In this document: piece by piece, positions 16,376-25,274 of the stretch
Layout of the letters: each line of letters opens with the position of its first letter
Numbering within the stretch: the stretch's first letter is position 1
From: Parcubacteria group bacterium Greene0714_7
GTDB lineage: Bacteria > Patescibacteriota > Minisyncoccia > Phycocordibacterales > Phycocordibacteraceae
Reading direction: 5' to 3'
DNA length: 64,000 nt
NCBI GenBank assembly: GCA_007378985.1
Contig: VMHB01000003.1
Location: 28,283-92,282 of the forward strand
The notes under the pieces: generated by a model
Database searches by the model: none
Told to the model about the DNA's origin: nothing
The model's input: the letters and a program-made list of their open reading frames with translations, nothing else
Position numbers and translations under genes: made by a program

Positions 16376-16610
16376 CCGAGAGAGAAAATGAATCCCGCCT
16401 TGTTGGCGGGTTTTTCTGTGCAACTAACACGGCTTGCAAGCGGAGCATCGCCCTACATAGGGCGTTTTGTATTTTCTTAGACTGCGACCGTGGGGAAGCT
16501 TTTGTGTAGCTCAACAAAAGCTTGCAAGCGGAGCCGAGAAGTTGTCGTAGGGAAGCCATGTGCAACTAACACGGCTTGCAAGCGGAGCTAGGTCCGAAAT
16601 CGTGACTAAT
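16376..16610 (+). repeat. right copy of the ~130-bp repeat plus an array of degenerate CAAGCGGAGC-ending fragments and small hairpins
   Basis: Terminator AAAATGAATCCCGCCTTGTTGGCGGGTTTTT. TGTGCAACTAACACGGCTTGCAAGCGGAGC occurs twice (16418 and 16558). GGTCCGAAATCGTGACT matches 13787. Confidence 0.55.
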
Positions 16611-16647
16611 AATATTTTTTTCCAATATAGGCTATACTCTTATTGAT

Positions 16648-17154
16648 ATGAAAAAAGTAGAGGTAATCTTGGAAAAGCTTATATTCGCAAGCCGTTGGCT
16701 ACAAGCACCACTCTATGTTGGGTTGGTTTTGGGCGGTGTCCTGTATTCATACAAATTTTTCACCGAACTCCTTCACTTATTTATTGAGATAGGTCATATA
16801 TCTGAGTCGGTATTAATGCTCGGCATACTTACCCTTATTGACTTCACTATGGTAGCCAACCTTCTTATTATGGTTATCATCGGTGGTTACTCAACCTTCG
16901 TAAGTCGACTTGAAATTGACACTCATAAAGACAAGCCTGAGTGGTTGTCAAAGGTAGATGCGGGAACGCTTAAAGTTAAATTAGCAGGTGCGCTCGTTGG
17001 CATATCAGGAATCCACTTGTTGCAAATTTTTATAAACATCGAAAATCAAAATCTCAATAATGTGATGTGGCAAGTTATCATTCATGTCGTATTCCTTTTC
17101 TCTTCGATAATGCTTGCTTATTCGGAAAAGATTTTACATAGTAGGCACTCATAA
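16648..17154 (+). CDS. UPF0114/YqhA family membrane protein
   Basis: N-terminus KLIFASRWLQAPLYVGLVLGG is typical of YqhA. Confidence 0.65.
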   Translation: MKKVEVILEKLIFASRWLQAPLYVGLVLGGVLYSYKFFTELLHLFIEIGHISESVLMLGILTLIDFTMVANLLIMVIIGGYSTFVSRLEIDTHKDKPEWLSKVDAGTLKVKLAGALVGISGIHLLQIFINIENQNLNNVMWQVIIHVVFLFSSIMLAYSEKILHSRHS

Positions 17155-17353
17155 AAGGAACTGCTTTGCCAACAGGCTTTAACCTCATCCAGTAAGTGGA
17201 GCCCCGCCTTATTTTGTTCGGATGCTCCGCAGGTAACTAAGGTTGCCTGCGTTCGCATCCTCGGAAATGAATCCCGATACAAGATTGGGATTCATTTCGC
17301 TCGAACGCTCCGCAGGTAGTACAATAAGGCATACTCACTAATAAAAAATACAT

Positions 17354-17479
17354 ATGGGAAATAACAGCCACGGCGTAAGTTCACTCAAGAAACACAAAAG
17401 TCCTCATAAAACTGCAAAACGCCTTGCGGCAAAGAAAGTGATGCTCGCCACAAAAGCAAGCAAAAAGAAAAGAAAGTAA
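17354..17479 (+). CDS. small, highly basic 41-aa protein (MGNNSHGVSSLKKHKSPHKTAKRLAAKKVMLATKASKKKRK). Unannotated because it is under 60 aa.
   Basis: Intact ATG-to-TAA ORF in an otherwise empty 400-bp intergenic gap, preceded by strong hairpins. No SD sequence. Confidence 0.3.
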   Translation: MGNNSHGVSSLKKHKSPHKTAKRLAAKKVMLATKASKKKRK

Positions 17480-17572
17480 CCCGCGTTCGTTCCAATGACG
17501 AATGAGTTAATCTAAACTCCTTTTTATATCTCTAGGTATTAATAGAGCTTTGTTCAGAGTATAATTCTTTCT

Positions 17573-19213
17573 ATGAACAGCGTTTTTTTGGAGCTTGCCA
17601 TTATGCTTTCTGTCGCTTGTGTTATTGGATACACAGCAATGCGATTTCGACTTCCTTTGGTTATGGCGTATCTCTTAGCTGGAGTGGCGCTTTCTGCATA
17701 TAATCTTTCTGATTCAGTTGTCTTACACACTCTTCCTGAAATAGGTATAGCATTCGTGTTGTTTTTGATTGGGATGGAGCTCAATTTGAGTGAGATTCGC
17801 TCTCTAGGGCGCCCTATTATCGTAGCGACGCTTTTCCAAATTGTAGTCTCTTCTGTCGCCGGTTTTGCGTTGGCAACGTTTTTTGGTTTCTCTGGAACTG
17901 AGGCGGCAATCTTAGGCATCTCGCTCGCGTTCGCTTCGACGATTGTTATCGCTAAGATGCTTTCTGAAAGACGCGATACAGCATCTTTATATGGGAAACT
18001 TTCCATCGGCATTCTCCTTGTGGAAGACCTCGTTGCCATTATCGTGATGGTTGCTATAACTGGAAATCTTATTTCTTTCGGGTGGAGCACTGCAATTCTT
18101 ATGCCCCTCCTTATATTTACGGTTAAGGCAATAGCTTTGATTAGTGCAGCGTTCCTCATATCTCGTTTCGTACTGCCGTTCCTGTTTAATAAGATGGCGA
18201 AGTCTGTCGAGTTATTGTTCCTCGCCGCTATTACATGGTGCTTTATCTTTACCTCCGTTGCGGTTTTGGCTGGCTTTTCGGTTGTCATCGGTGCATTTTT
18301 GGCAGGTGTTGCACTCGCTTCTTCCCCGTATCAGATTCAGATTCAGGCCAAAGTAAAACCGATCAGAGATTTCTTTGTTGCATTATTCTTCATATATATC
18401 GGCTCCCAAGTTGACCTTGCGGGCATCACAAACTCTCTGCCGATAATCTTCGGATTCACCGCGCTCGCTCTTTTTATGAAACCATTTGCATATCTGGTTG
18501 GTTTAAGTTTCTTCAAATTCCGCAAACACACTCTTTTCCAGACGTCTCTAAACATGACGCAGGTATCCGAGTTCTCTCTGATTGTTGTCCTGTTGGCCGT
18601 CGAACATGGTTTCGCCTCGGAGTCCGCACTTGCAATTATTGCCGGCTCTGCTGTGCTTTCTATAATCTTCTCGTCAACACTTATGAATCATTCTGAGTCT
18701 ATCTACACATTCATGAAACCCTTCGTCGCACGATTCCAGAGAAAAGAAGCGGTTGATGTATTGCCCGATGCGATTCTTCCACCGCTGTCTGGACATGTTG
18801 TCGTTGTTGGTGCCGACAGGGTGGGCACCGTAGTCATAGAGTATTTGAAAAAGGCGAAGATAGAAGTGCTCGTTCTTGACTATAATCCTACGGCGGTGCG
18901 ACGCCTGCGTGCACAAGGCTACCATGCGCTCTATGGCGATGTGAGTGACTCTGAAATACTGGCGAACCTGCAGCTCAATACGGCCCATCTCATTATTTCA
19001 ACAGCAGGTGGGACAAGAGACAACCTCGCACTTCTTGATGCCTGTCGGATAAGTAATGTGAAGGCGCAAATCGTGGTGCGTACCGACGAAGCCGATCAGG
19101 AGCAAGTACTTCGAGATGCCGGTGCTGACTATGTCATTTTCCCGGAGCGTGTATCCGGCGACTTTCTTGTTTCAAAACTCGAAGATGAATGGCCGAACTT
19201 ACATTTTTCCTGA
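17573..19213 (+). CDS. cation:proton antiporter (CPA2/Kef-type) with a C-terminal RCK/TrkA-N domain
   Basis: Twelve to thirteen TM segments, then the Rossmann motif VVVVGADRVGTVVIEYLKKAKIEVLVLD. Confidence 0.85.
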   Translation: MNSVFLELAIMLSVACVIGYTAMRFRLPLVMAYLLAGVALSAYNLSDSVVLHTLPEIGIAFVLFLIGMELNLSEIRSLGRPIIVATLFQIVVSSVAGFALATFFGFSGTEAAILGISLAFASTIVIAKMLSERRDTASLYGKLSIGILLVEDLVAIIVMVAITGNLISFGWSTAILMPLLIFTVKAIALISAAFLISRFVLPFLFNKMAKSVELLFLAAITWCFIFTSVAVLAGFSVVIGAFLAGVALASSPYQIQIQAKVKPIRDFFVALFFIYIGSQVDLAGITNSLPIIFGFTALALFMKPFAYLVGLSFFKFRKHTLFQTSLNMTQVSEFSLIVVLLAVEHGFASESALAIIAGSAVLSIIFSSTLMNHSESIYTFMKPFVARFQRKEAVDVLPDAILPPLSGHVVVVGADRVGTVVIEYLKKAKIEVLVLDYNPTAVRRLRAQGYHALYGDVSDSEILANLQLNTAHLIISTAGGTRDNLALLDACRISNVKAQIVVRTDEADQEQVLRDAGADYVIFPERVSGDFLVSKLEDEWPNLHFS

Positions 19214-19508
19214 TATATCAGCAAGGATGTACTTCATCGCTTGTGTTACTAATACGGTCTCTAGGTGAAGCGAAATACACCTATTGACATTTCCGTTCAA
19301 TCATGTAACAATAATATTTACGGAAGGAGTGCTAAAAAATGTGGAGGTAGTGAATACTTGTGCATGTGTGAAGCTGGCCTGTGTCCTTTGCGATAAGTTT
19401 TTCTTGAAAAAGAAAAGATCGGAGCGCCTTAACTTAAGAGGTACTTTTTTTCCTAGATGTGAATTCGGGAAAGGTTTCTATAAGTGACGGCGCATGCACA
19501 GGTTGCAT

Positions 19509-19536
19509 TTGACAGGCTACACGTTGAGAGTATAGT
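19509..19536 (+). promoter_or_regulatory. sigma70-like promoter TTGACA-N16-TATAGT upstream of the 19608 gene
   Basis: Consensus hexamers about 70 nt upstream of the ATG. Confidence 0.45.
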
Positions 19537-19607
19537 ACCTCCTTAACAAAAAACCGTGAAAATTATAATTCACATTAATTAATATAAGCGATTACCGCAC
19601 GATCATT

Positions 19608-20174
19608 ATGTCTGCACTAGAAGGATTTCATACTACTAATGGTGAAGTTTATGGGGGACGAAGAGAGAACCGCTTCGGACGAGCTGAAAGTATTGCATTG
19701 CCGTTAGAGCGCTTTTCTGCAGGAAGGGAGGCGCATAGTTTGGTTTGGAAACCAAGAGAAACTAATGGAGTAAATAATTACCAGCAGACATCCTTTGGGA
19801 TGCGTGAAGCTTCAGACGGTACAGCACGCGTTATTGGTGCGACTGTCGATCTTGGATTAACGCCAGTTCATGGTTTAGTTCGTGTTGGTGCAACTATGAT
19901 GTCGGAAATGGAAAAGGCAAAGAAGATGTATGTCGGTGGTCTGGTGACGCTGATTTCTGAATGGCAAAGTCCATGGGGAAGAGTTGGGGCGCAGTTTATG
20001 ACGCCAGTCATTGCGGGTGCTTTTGTAGCTGCAGCTGTGCAGGGTGTCGTCTTGGGAGGAATTAAAGGAACGTACGGGTTACTCAAAGATAAGGCGCACT
20101 CATTCGTCAACCACTTAGGGGGTAGTGGACCGACATACTTCCAATCTGCTGCAGTAGCTTACGTTAACGAATAA
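19608..20174 (+). CDS. hypothetical protein with a C-terminal glycine-zipper-like hydrophobic segment
   Basis: TPVIAGAFVAAAVQGVVLGGIKG. No catalytic motif. Confidence 0.5.
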   Translation: MSALEGFHTTNGEVYGGRRENRFGRAESIALPLERFSAGREAHSLVWKPRETNGVNNYQQTSFGMREASDGTARVIGATVDLGLTPVHGLVRVGATMMSEMEKAKKMYVGGLVTLISEWQSPWGRVGAQFMTPVIAGAFVAAAVQGVVLGGIKGTYGLLKDKAHSFVNHLGGSGPTYFQSAAVAYVNE

Positions 20175-20225
20175 GTAGAGGAAGCTTTCTTGCAGGGGGC
20201 GGTAGTTGATCTCATGTATAAAAGA

Positions 20226-20260
20226 AAATAAAAACCCGCCAGAATGGCGGGTTTTTATTT
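20226..20260 (+). terminator. rho-independent terminator AAAAACCCGCCAGAATGGCGGGTTTTT
   Basis: GC-rich stem followed by a T-run; bidirectional. Confidence 0.8.
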
Positions 20261-20295
20261 TCTTTTGCTCTGACTGCTTGAGGTAGAATAAAAGT

Positions 20296-20727
20296 ATGAA
20301 CAAAGTAAGTGCTAAGTCAGGTAGAAGAGAACTAGAACCTAAGGCACCAGCAGACATTGTAAAAGTTATCAGGACGAGTTCGAAAGTGCAGATGTTGTGG
20401 GGTAGCCTTACGCCAATCGCACGAAGAGATTTTATTAGTTGGATAGAGTCGGCAAAACAAGTTGAGACGCGCAAACGTCGAGCCCTGAGTATTCCCTCAA
20501 GGCTCCTCTCTGGAAAAAGGCGTCCTTGCTGTTATACGCTCGTGCCAATGAATCTCTACAAAGCTCTGGGAGCAAGTCCTAAGGCAAAGGCTACTTGGGG
20601 TAGCCTTACACCTAATGAGCGGAGAGATTTTGTAAGTTGGGTAGAGAAAGCTACAGAATCAGAAGCGCGCGGGCTTCAAATTATGAAAGCCTGCCAGATG
20701 CTTGCGAAAGGGAAGCGACGTCCTTGA
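20296..20727 (+). CDS. tandem YdeI/OmdA-domain protein
   Basis: The OmdA-like motif W-SLTP--RRDF-SW-E-A occurs twice, and the C-terminus is LAKGKRRP. Confidence 0.6.
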   Translation: MNKVSAKSGRRELEPKAPADIVKVIRTSSKVQMLWGSLTPIARRDFISWIESAKQVETRKRRALSIPSRLLSGKRRPCCYTLVPMNLYKALGASPKAKATWGSLTPNERRDFVSWVEKATESEARGLQIMKACQMLAKGKRRP

Positions 20728-20797
20728 TTTTTATTTGCTGAGGTCGTCACTCAATGGACAAAGAGACTATTTTGTTTTATATTAACAGACAGAAGTC

Positions 20798-22216
20798 ATG
20801 ATCAAACAAACAAAAATAGTTGCAACACTCGGGCCTGCGAGCACCAACCCAAAGGTTATTGAGGCAATGATTAATGCAGGCATGAATGTTGCTCGCATTA
20901 ACTTTTCACACGGCGACCACGCTGAACATGGAGAGCGGATAGATAATGCGCGGAGTGCTGCTGCTGTAACGGGTCAGTCCATCGCCATTCTTCAAGACCT
21001 TTGTGGTCCTAAGATTCGCATCGGTGATTTTTCTGAAGGCACAGTTGAGCTTAAAGCAGGTGATGCATTTACCATCACTACTCGGAAAGTAGTGGGGGAT
21101 AAAGAAATTGTTTCAGTAAGCCTCTCGTCTCTACCTTCTTGCGTTCAGGCTGGCATGAACATCATGCTTGAGGATGGTAAGTACATACTCAAGGTAGTGA
21201 AGGTTGAGGGAACAGATATTCACACAAAGGTAGTTGCAGGTGGTCATATTCGAAGTCGCCGAGGCGTGAATGTTCCAGGAGCAATGCTCCCTATTGGTGC
21301 CATGACCGCAAAAGACAAAAGCGATCTCGCATTTGGGCTCACGAAGAATGTCGACATGGTGGCACTTTCCTTTGTGCAGACCGCAAAAGATATTACTGAT
21401 CTTCGTAAGATTCTCATTAAAGCTAAAAGCAATGCTCTCATTATTGCAAAGATTGAAACGCAATCCGCGATAGACAATTTAGATGAAATTGTTGCGGTGA
21501 CAGACGGCATTATGATTGCTCGCGGTGATTTGGCAGTAGAAGTTCCCAAAGAGGATGTACCGCTTCTCCAAAAGAGAATGATTCGTATGTGCAGGAAGCT
21601 TGGTAAACCAGTTATCACTGCAACACAGATGCTTGACTCAATGACTGAAAGTCCCGTGCCAACACGTGCTGAAGTTGCCGATGTTGCGAATGCTGTTTTT
21701 GATGGAACAGATGCCGTGATGCTCTCACAAGAGTCTGCTGTAGGTGATGATCCTGCGCTCGTTGTCCGTACCATGGCAAGTATTGCAATGCGCGCAGAGA
21801 CAAGTGATTTCTATAGAGAAACGATGGAGAAACGCCGTCCTATGAATGAAGTGACGACAACTGATGTCACTACGCTCTCTGCGACGTATGACGCGCATCT
21901 CCTTGGTGCAAAAGCGATTGTTGCACTCACTGAAACAGGGAGTACGGCCCGCATGCTCTCAAGGCACAAACCACATCTGCCTATTATTGCGCTTACTCCA
22001 CATAACATAGTGGCTCACCAGCTCAGTGTTTCGTTTGGCATTATTCCTATTTTTGATAGGAGTAGAGTTACACAATTTGAAGAAGCTGTTGTATTAGCAA
22101 AGCGTATCCTTATTGAACAAAAGTGTGCCAAGAAAGGAGATACCTTTATACTTGTTGCTGGTCTCCCATTCGGGACTACGGGGAGTACTAATACCTGCAG
22201 TATTCAAGTTGTGTAG
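20798..22216 (+). CDS. pyk: pyruvate kinase
   Basis: MIKQTKIVATLGPAS... and the full-length pyruvate kinase architecture. Confidence 0.9.
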   Translation: MIKQTKIVATLGPASTNPKVIEAMINAGMNVARINFSHGDHAEHGERIDNARSAAAVTGQSIAILQDLCGPKIRIGDFSEGTVELKAGDAFTITTRKVVGDKEIVSVSLSSLPSCVQAGMNIMLEDGKYILKVVKVEGTDIHTKVVAGGHIRSRRGVNVPGAMLPIGAMTAKDKSDLAFGLTKNVDMVALSFVQTAKDITDLRKILIKAKSNALIIAKIETQSAIDNLDEIVAVTDGIMIARGDLAVEVPKEDVPLLQKRMIRMCRKLGKPVITATQMLDSMTESPVPTRAEVADVANAVFDGTDAVMLSQESAVGDDPALVVRTMASIAMRAETSDFYRETMEKRRPMNEVTTTDVTTLSATYDAHLLGAKAIVALTETGSTARMLSRHKPHLPIIALTPHNIVAHQLSVSFGIIPIFDRSRVTQFEEAVVLAKRILIEQKCAKKGDTFILVAGLPFGTTGSTNTCSIQVV

Positions 22217-22363
22217 TTATGAATTATAAGCAGTTCAGGCATGATTCTTAAAGATATTTAAGCTCACAGGCTTGTTTTTTTTAAGGCCGTACTTTAGTTG
22301 GCTGTACATGATTAAATATCTGCTATTATTAGCGTACATTTAACGAGTTCATTCAAAGGTTCT

Positions 22364-22765
22364 ATGTTCAATGAATTTAAGGCATTTTTACTGCGAGGCA
22401 ATGTTGTCGATTTGGCAGTCGGTGTCGTGGTGGGAGCAGCCTTTGGAAGTATCGTGACTGCTTTAGTGGCTGACCTACTTACCCCCTTTATAGCTGCAAT
22501 TGCAAAAGTTCCTGATTTTGGCGGATTAGTGTTTACCTTGAACGGTAGTCAATTTAAATACGGCCATTTTATCAATACTCTTATATCATTCATTCTTGTG
22601 GCTGGTTCAGTATTTTTCTTTGTGGTTAAGCCGATGAATGTACTCAGCGCGCATGCGCTTAAAGACACGCCAGCTGATCCTGCAACAAAAAAATGCCCAG
22701 AGTGTCTCTCGAAGATACCTGCAAGCGCGCGTCGTTGTGCGTTCTGCACCCAAGTACTTTCTTAA
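22364..22765 (+). CDS. mscL: large-conductance mechanosensitive channel MscL with a C-terminal CxxC...CxxC zinc-ribbon tail
   Basis: RGNVVDLAVGVVVGAAFG matches TM1 of MscL. The C-terminus is KKCPECLSKIPASARRCAFC. Confidence 0.8.
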   Translation: MFNEFKAFLLRGNVVDLAVGVVVGAAFGSIVTALVADLLTPFIAAIAKVPDFGGLVFTLNGSQFKYGHFINTLISFILVAGSVFFFVVKPMNVLSAHALKDTPADPATKKCPECLSKIPASARRCAFCTQVLS

Positions 22766-22774
22766 TTTTTCTAT

Positions 22775-23104
22775 ATGGTTACCGAAGGTCCACAAGATAA
22801 TGCTACTGAAAGAGGTTTTGAAAGCATACTTACTCGAGAGCAAGTGCTTTCAAAACTTAGTACCTATTGCGAAAACCCTACAATATTAAAAGAATTACGT
22901 GACAAAGATGGAATATATCTCCTAGAGGTTAGAGGGACTCGGAAAATAGAAAAGGACATTGCTGAGTATATTTACCAGAGAAAAGGCACATTTCCGAATG
23001 GAAGTGATTCATCAGTGACCAGTATTATGGTTGTAGATGATGGAGGGTGGGCGGAGAATATAGCGGAGTATGACTCTGTAACAAGAAAATGGGTCATAAT
23101 GTAA
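22775..23104 (+). CDS. hypothetical protein
   Basis: ORF only. Confidence 0.4.
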   Translation: MVTEGPQDNATERGFESILTREQVLSKLSTYCENPTILKELRDKDGIYLLEVRGTRKIEKDIAEYIYQRKGTFPNGSDSSVTSIMVVDDGGWAENIAEYDSVTRKWVIM

Positions 23105-23108
23105 ATAT

Positions 23109-23672
23109 ATGAATAAAAAAACACTCATCAGTTTTATTGTCGTTATTGCTGTAGCAATCGTAGCTGTTTTCTTTTTTACAAGAAGTAGCAATGAAGCAGT
23201 GCCTACAGTGCCCGCACAAGATCTTACTGTCTTTGATGGGAAAAATACTCACTTTACGATTGAAGGAAATGAAGTTGTTTTAGTACAGGGTACTTCAGAG
23301 GTGTCTATAGTGCCAGGTTCTGCTTCAAAGGTGACAACACGCTATTTTGGAAACGAATCGAAGGGTGATTTGAATGGGGATGGTATGGATGATGTTGCTT
23401 TTCTTATCACACAAGACACTGGAGGTAGTGGACTCTTTTACTATGTCGTTGTCGCACTCAAAACTGCTGACGGGTACAAAACCACGAATGCGTTTTTGGT
23501 AGGAGACAGGATTGCACCACAAACTACAGAAATACACGCTGATTCAAAAGAGCTTTATGTAAATTTTGCTGAGCGGAAGGAGGGCGAACCTATGACTGCA
23601 CGACCATCAGTTGGCGTAACGCTTTTTCTAAAAGTGACTCCTGAAGGAGTACTGGAAGGATTAATGAAATAG
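23109..23672 (+). CDS. hypothetical protein with an N-terminal signal anchor (secreted or membrane-anchored)
   Basis: MNKKTLISFIVVIAVAIVAVFFF. Confidence 0.5.
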   Translation: MNKKTLISFIVVIAVAIVAVFFFTRSSNEAVPTVPAQDLTVFDGKNTHFTIEGNEVVLVQGTSEVSIVPGSASKVTTRYFGNESKGDLNGDGMDDVAFLITQDTGGSGLFYYVVVALKTADGYKTTNAFLVGDRIAPQTTEIHADSKELYVNFAERKEGEPMTARPSVGVTLFLKVTPEGVLEGLMK

Positions 23673-23716
23673 ATGCTTAAATCACTGTGCGCTGAGTGGA
23701 GTAATAACTTATTTCT

Positions 23717-23968
23717 TCATTTTTTTCTGTACTGTTGCCATGCGAGCAAAAGCCACGTTGCCGTAACTAAGATTGAAGCAACTGTGGAACTCCACAGACC
23801 AAGGGTGGCATAGACAACACTAAAAACTCCAAGAACGGTGCCCGTGAGCAGGCTCGAAGAAAGCGCGGGTTTGTCTTTTCCAAATACAGAAGGAAGAAGG
23901 GCAATAACAAAAATATATTGACCAATCGAGAGAACAATATCTTGCCAGTGCATAGGTGAATTATACAT
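23717..23968 (-). CDS. small membrane protein, hypothetical
   Basis: Two TM helices. AAGGA SD 9 nt upstream of the ATG. Confidence 0.5.
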   Translation of the reverse strand: MYNSPMHWQDIVLSIGQYIFVIALLPSVFGKDKPALSSSLLTGTVLGVFSVVYATLGLWSSTVASILVTATWLLLAWQQYRKK

Positions 23969-24029
23969 TCTTAAATTCCTTAATGAATTGAAACCAAAAG
24001 AGATTTGGTGTGGTTTAGTGTGTAATACA

Positions 24030-24124
24030 CCCCATGAGATAACATATCTGTATCAAGAGGTGTAAATATTCTAACCATCAAATTGTATTGTAGTCGTTAT
24101 ATCTTGAGCTACTATCTCACGGGG
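24030..24124. mobile_element. MITE-like element copy 2 (95 bp), with the same TIRs as copy 1, flanked by TACA direct repeats at 24026-24029 and 24125-24128
   Basis: TIRs are identical to the 6623-6718 copy. The interior is about 50-60% similar. TSD is present. Confidence 0.55.
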
Positions 24125-24129
24125 TACAT

Positions 24130-24651
24130 ATGTCCTATAAAGCTGTCACGAAAACTCTAACCTATCAAACGAAGCATCGTTTAGAATTTATTAACATTAC
24201 TCCCGAAGTTGATTTATTTGTTGCAGATTCAGGAGTGCAAACAGGCACACTTGCACTTCAGACACACCATACGACCTGTGGTTTATGGGTGAATGAGGAC
24301 GAACCAAATTTAATTGGGCCATCCTCAACCCTTGGGTATATACCCGATTTGCAAAGAGTTCTTGACCGCTTTGCACATCCTGCTGAAACGTATGGCCACA
24401 ATGATATTCGTGATGTAAATAATCCTGAAGGGAAGCGCCACACGCATCTGTGTGTACCTGACGAGAATGGGGTGAGCCAAGAGTGCGTTAATGGGCATGC
24501 CCATGCCCAAGGTTTGATTATCCCGAGTTATCTGACGCTTATTATTGAGCGGGGGCAGGTAATTAGGGGAGTGTGGCAACAGATTCTTTTAGTTGAGCTT
24601 GACCACGACCGCACCCGTACACTTACCATGTTAGCCCAGGGTGAGGTTTAA
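24130..24651 (+). CDS. YjbQ/UPF0047 family protein (secondary thiamine-phosphate synthase-like)
   Basis: HHTTCGLWVNEDE and GHAHAQG motifs. Confidence 0.75.
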   Translation: MSYKAVTKTLTYQTKHRLEFINITPEVDLFVADSGVQTGTLALQTHHTTCGLWVNEDEPNLIGPSSTLGYIPDLQRVLDRFAHPAETYGHNDIRDVNNPEGKRHTHLCVPDENGVSQECVNGHAHAQGLIIPSYLTLIIERGQVIRGVWQQILLVELDHDRTRTLTMLAQGEV

Positions 24652-24656
24652 ATAGT

Positions 24657-25274
24657 TTGAGTATCAGAACCTCCTCTAGAGGTATTGTTAGCAGAAATGC
24701 TTCAGAAAAGTGTGAAATAATACATTGCATGAATATACATGCTCTGAAAAATAAAAAAATAGTATATAGCATAGTAGTGTTGGTTTTTGTTAGTGCGCTC
24801 GGTTTCTTTGCCCATCAACAATTATTGAACATACACCGTGAGGTCATCGTACAAATGGTTTCAAAGCATGCACATGCATGGCAGACAGGAGATGAGCAAT
24901 TGTTGGCGTCGCTGTTGCATGAAAATGTGGTTTTTGCGTATCCCGGAAGACGATTGAATAAGGAGCAGACACTCGAAGATTTGCGGTTTTTTAGGGATGC
25001 ATATACGGATACAAAAGTGTACATCAACACTATTGTTGTTAATGGGGATGATGTTGCCGTTGAGTGGCAGTTTGCCACAACAAAGAAAATAACTGGCAAA
25101 CGCGAGGTGGTGAGTGATGCAATAATTGCTAAAGTTCAGAATGGAAAATTTATTATTTGGAAAGAATATTTGGATGGACGCGTGAAAGGTCTTCAGGCAG
25201 AAGGCGCTCTAGAATTTGAAGAGGGCGATGAGCCATTCCCTTGGCCACATAAAATAGAGGTTAGATCTCTCTAA
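24657..25274 (+). CDS. SnoaL/NTF2-like domain protein with an N-terminal TM anchor
   Basis: The TM segment IVYSIVVLVFVSALGFF is followed by an NTF2-like fold signature (WQTGD...VEWQF). Confidence 0.45.
   Translation: MSIRTSSRGIVSRNASEKCEIIHCMNIHALKNKKIVYSIVVLVFVSALGFFAHQQLLNIHREVIVQMVSKHAHAWQTGDEQLLASLLHENVVFAYPGRRLNKEQTLEDLRFFRDAYTDTKVYINTIVVNGDDVAVEWQFATTKKITGKREVVSDAIIAKVQNGKFIIWKEYLDGRVKGLQAEGALEFEEGDEPFPWPHKIEVRSL

Noticed and set aside
16418-16587. Possible CRISPR-like array (a 30-nt repeat TGTGCAACTAACACGGCTTGCAAGCGGAGC occurring twice, about 140 nt apart)
   Set aside because: There are only two copies, the spacing is irregular, and no cas genes are present. The repeats end in tRNA-acceptor-derived GCGGAGC, so they are more consistent with att-site debris.
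17554-18288. 244-aa minus-strand ORF
   Set aside because: Entirely antisense to the well-supported CPA2 antiporter gene. It is Ser/Thr/Ile-rich and reflects codon-position bias, not a coding sequence.
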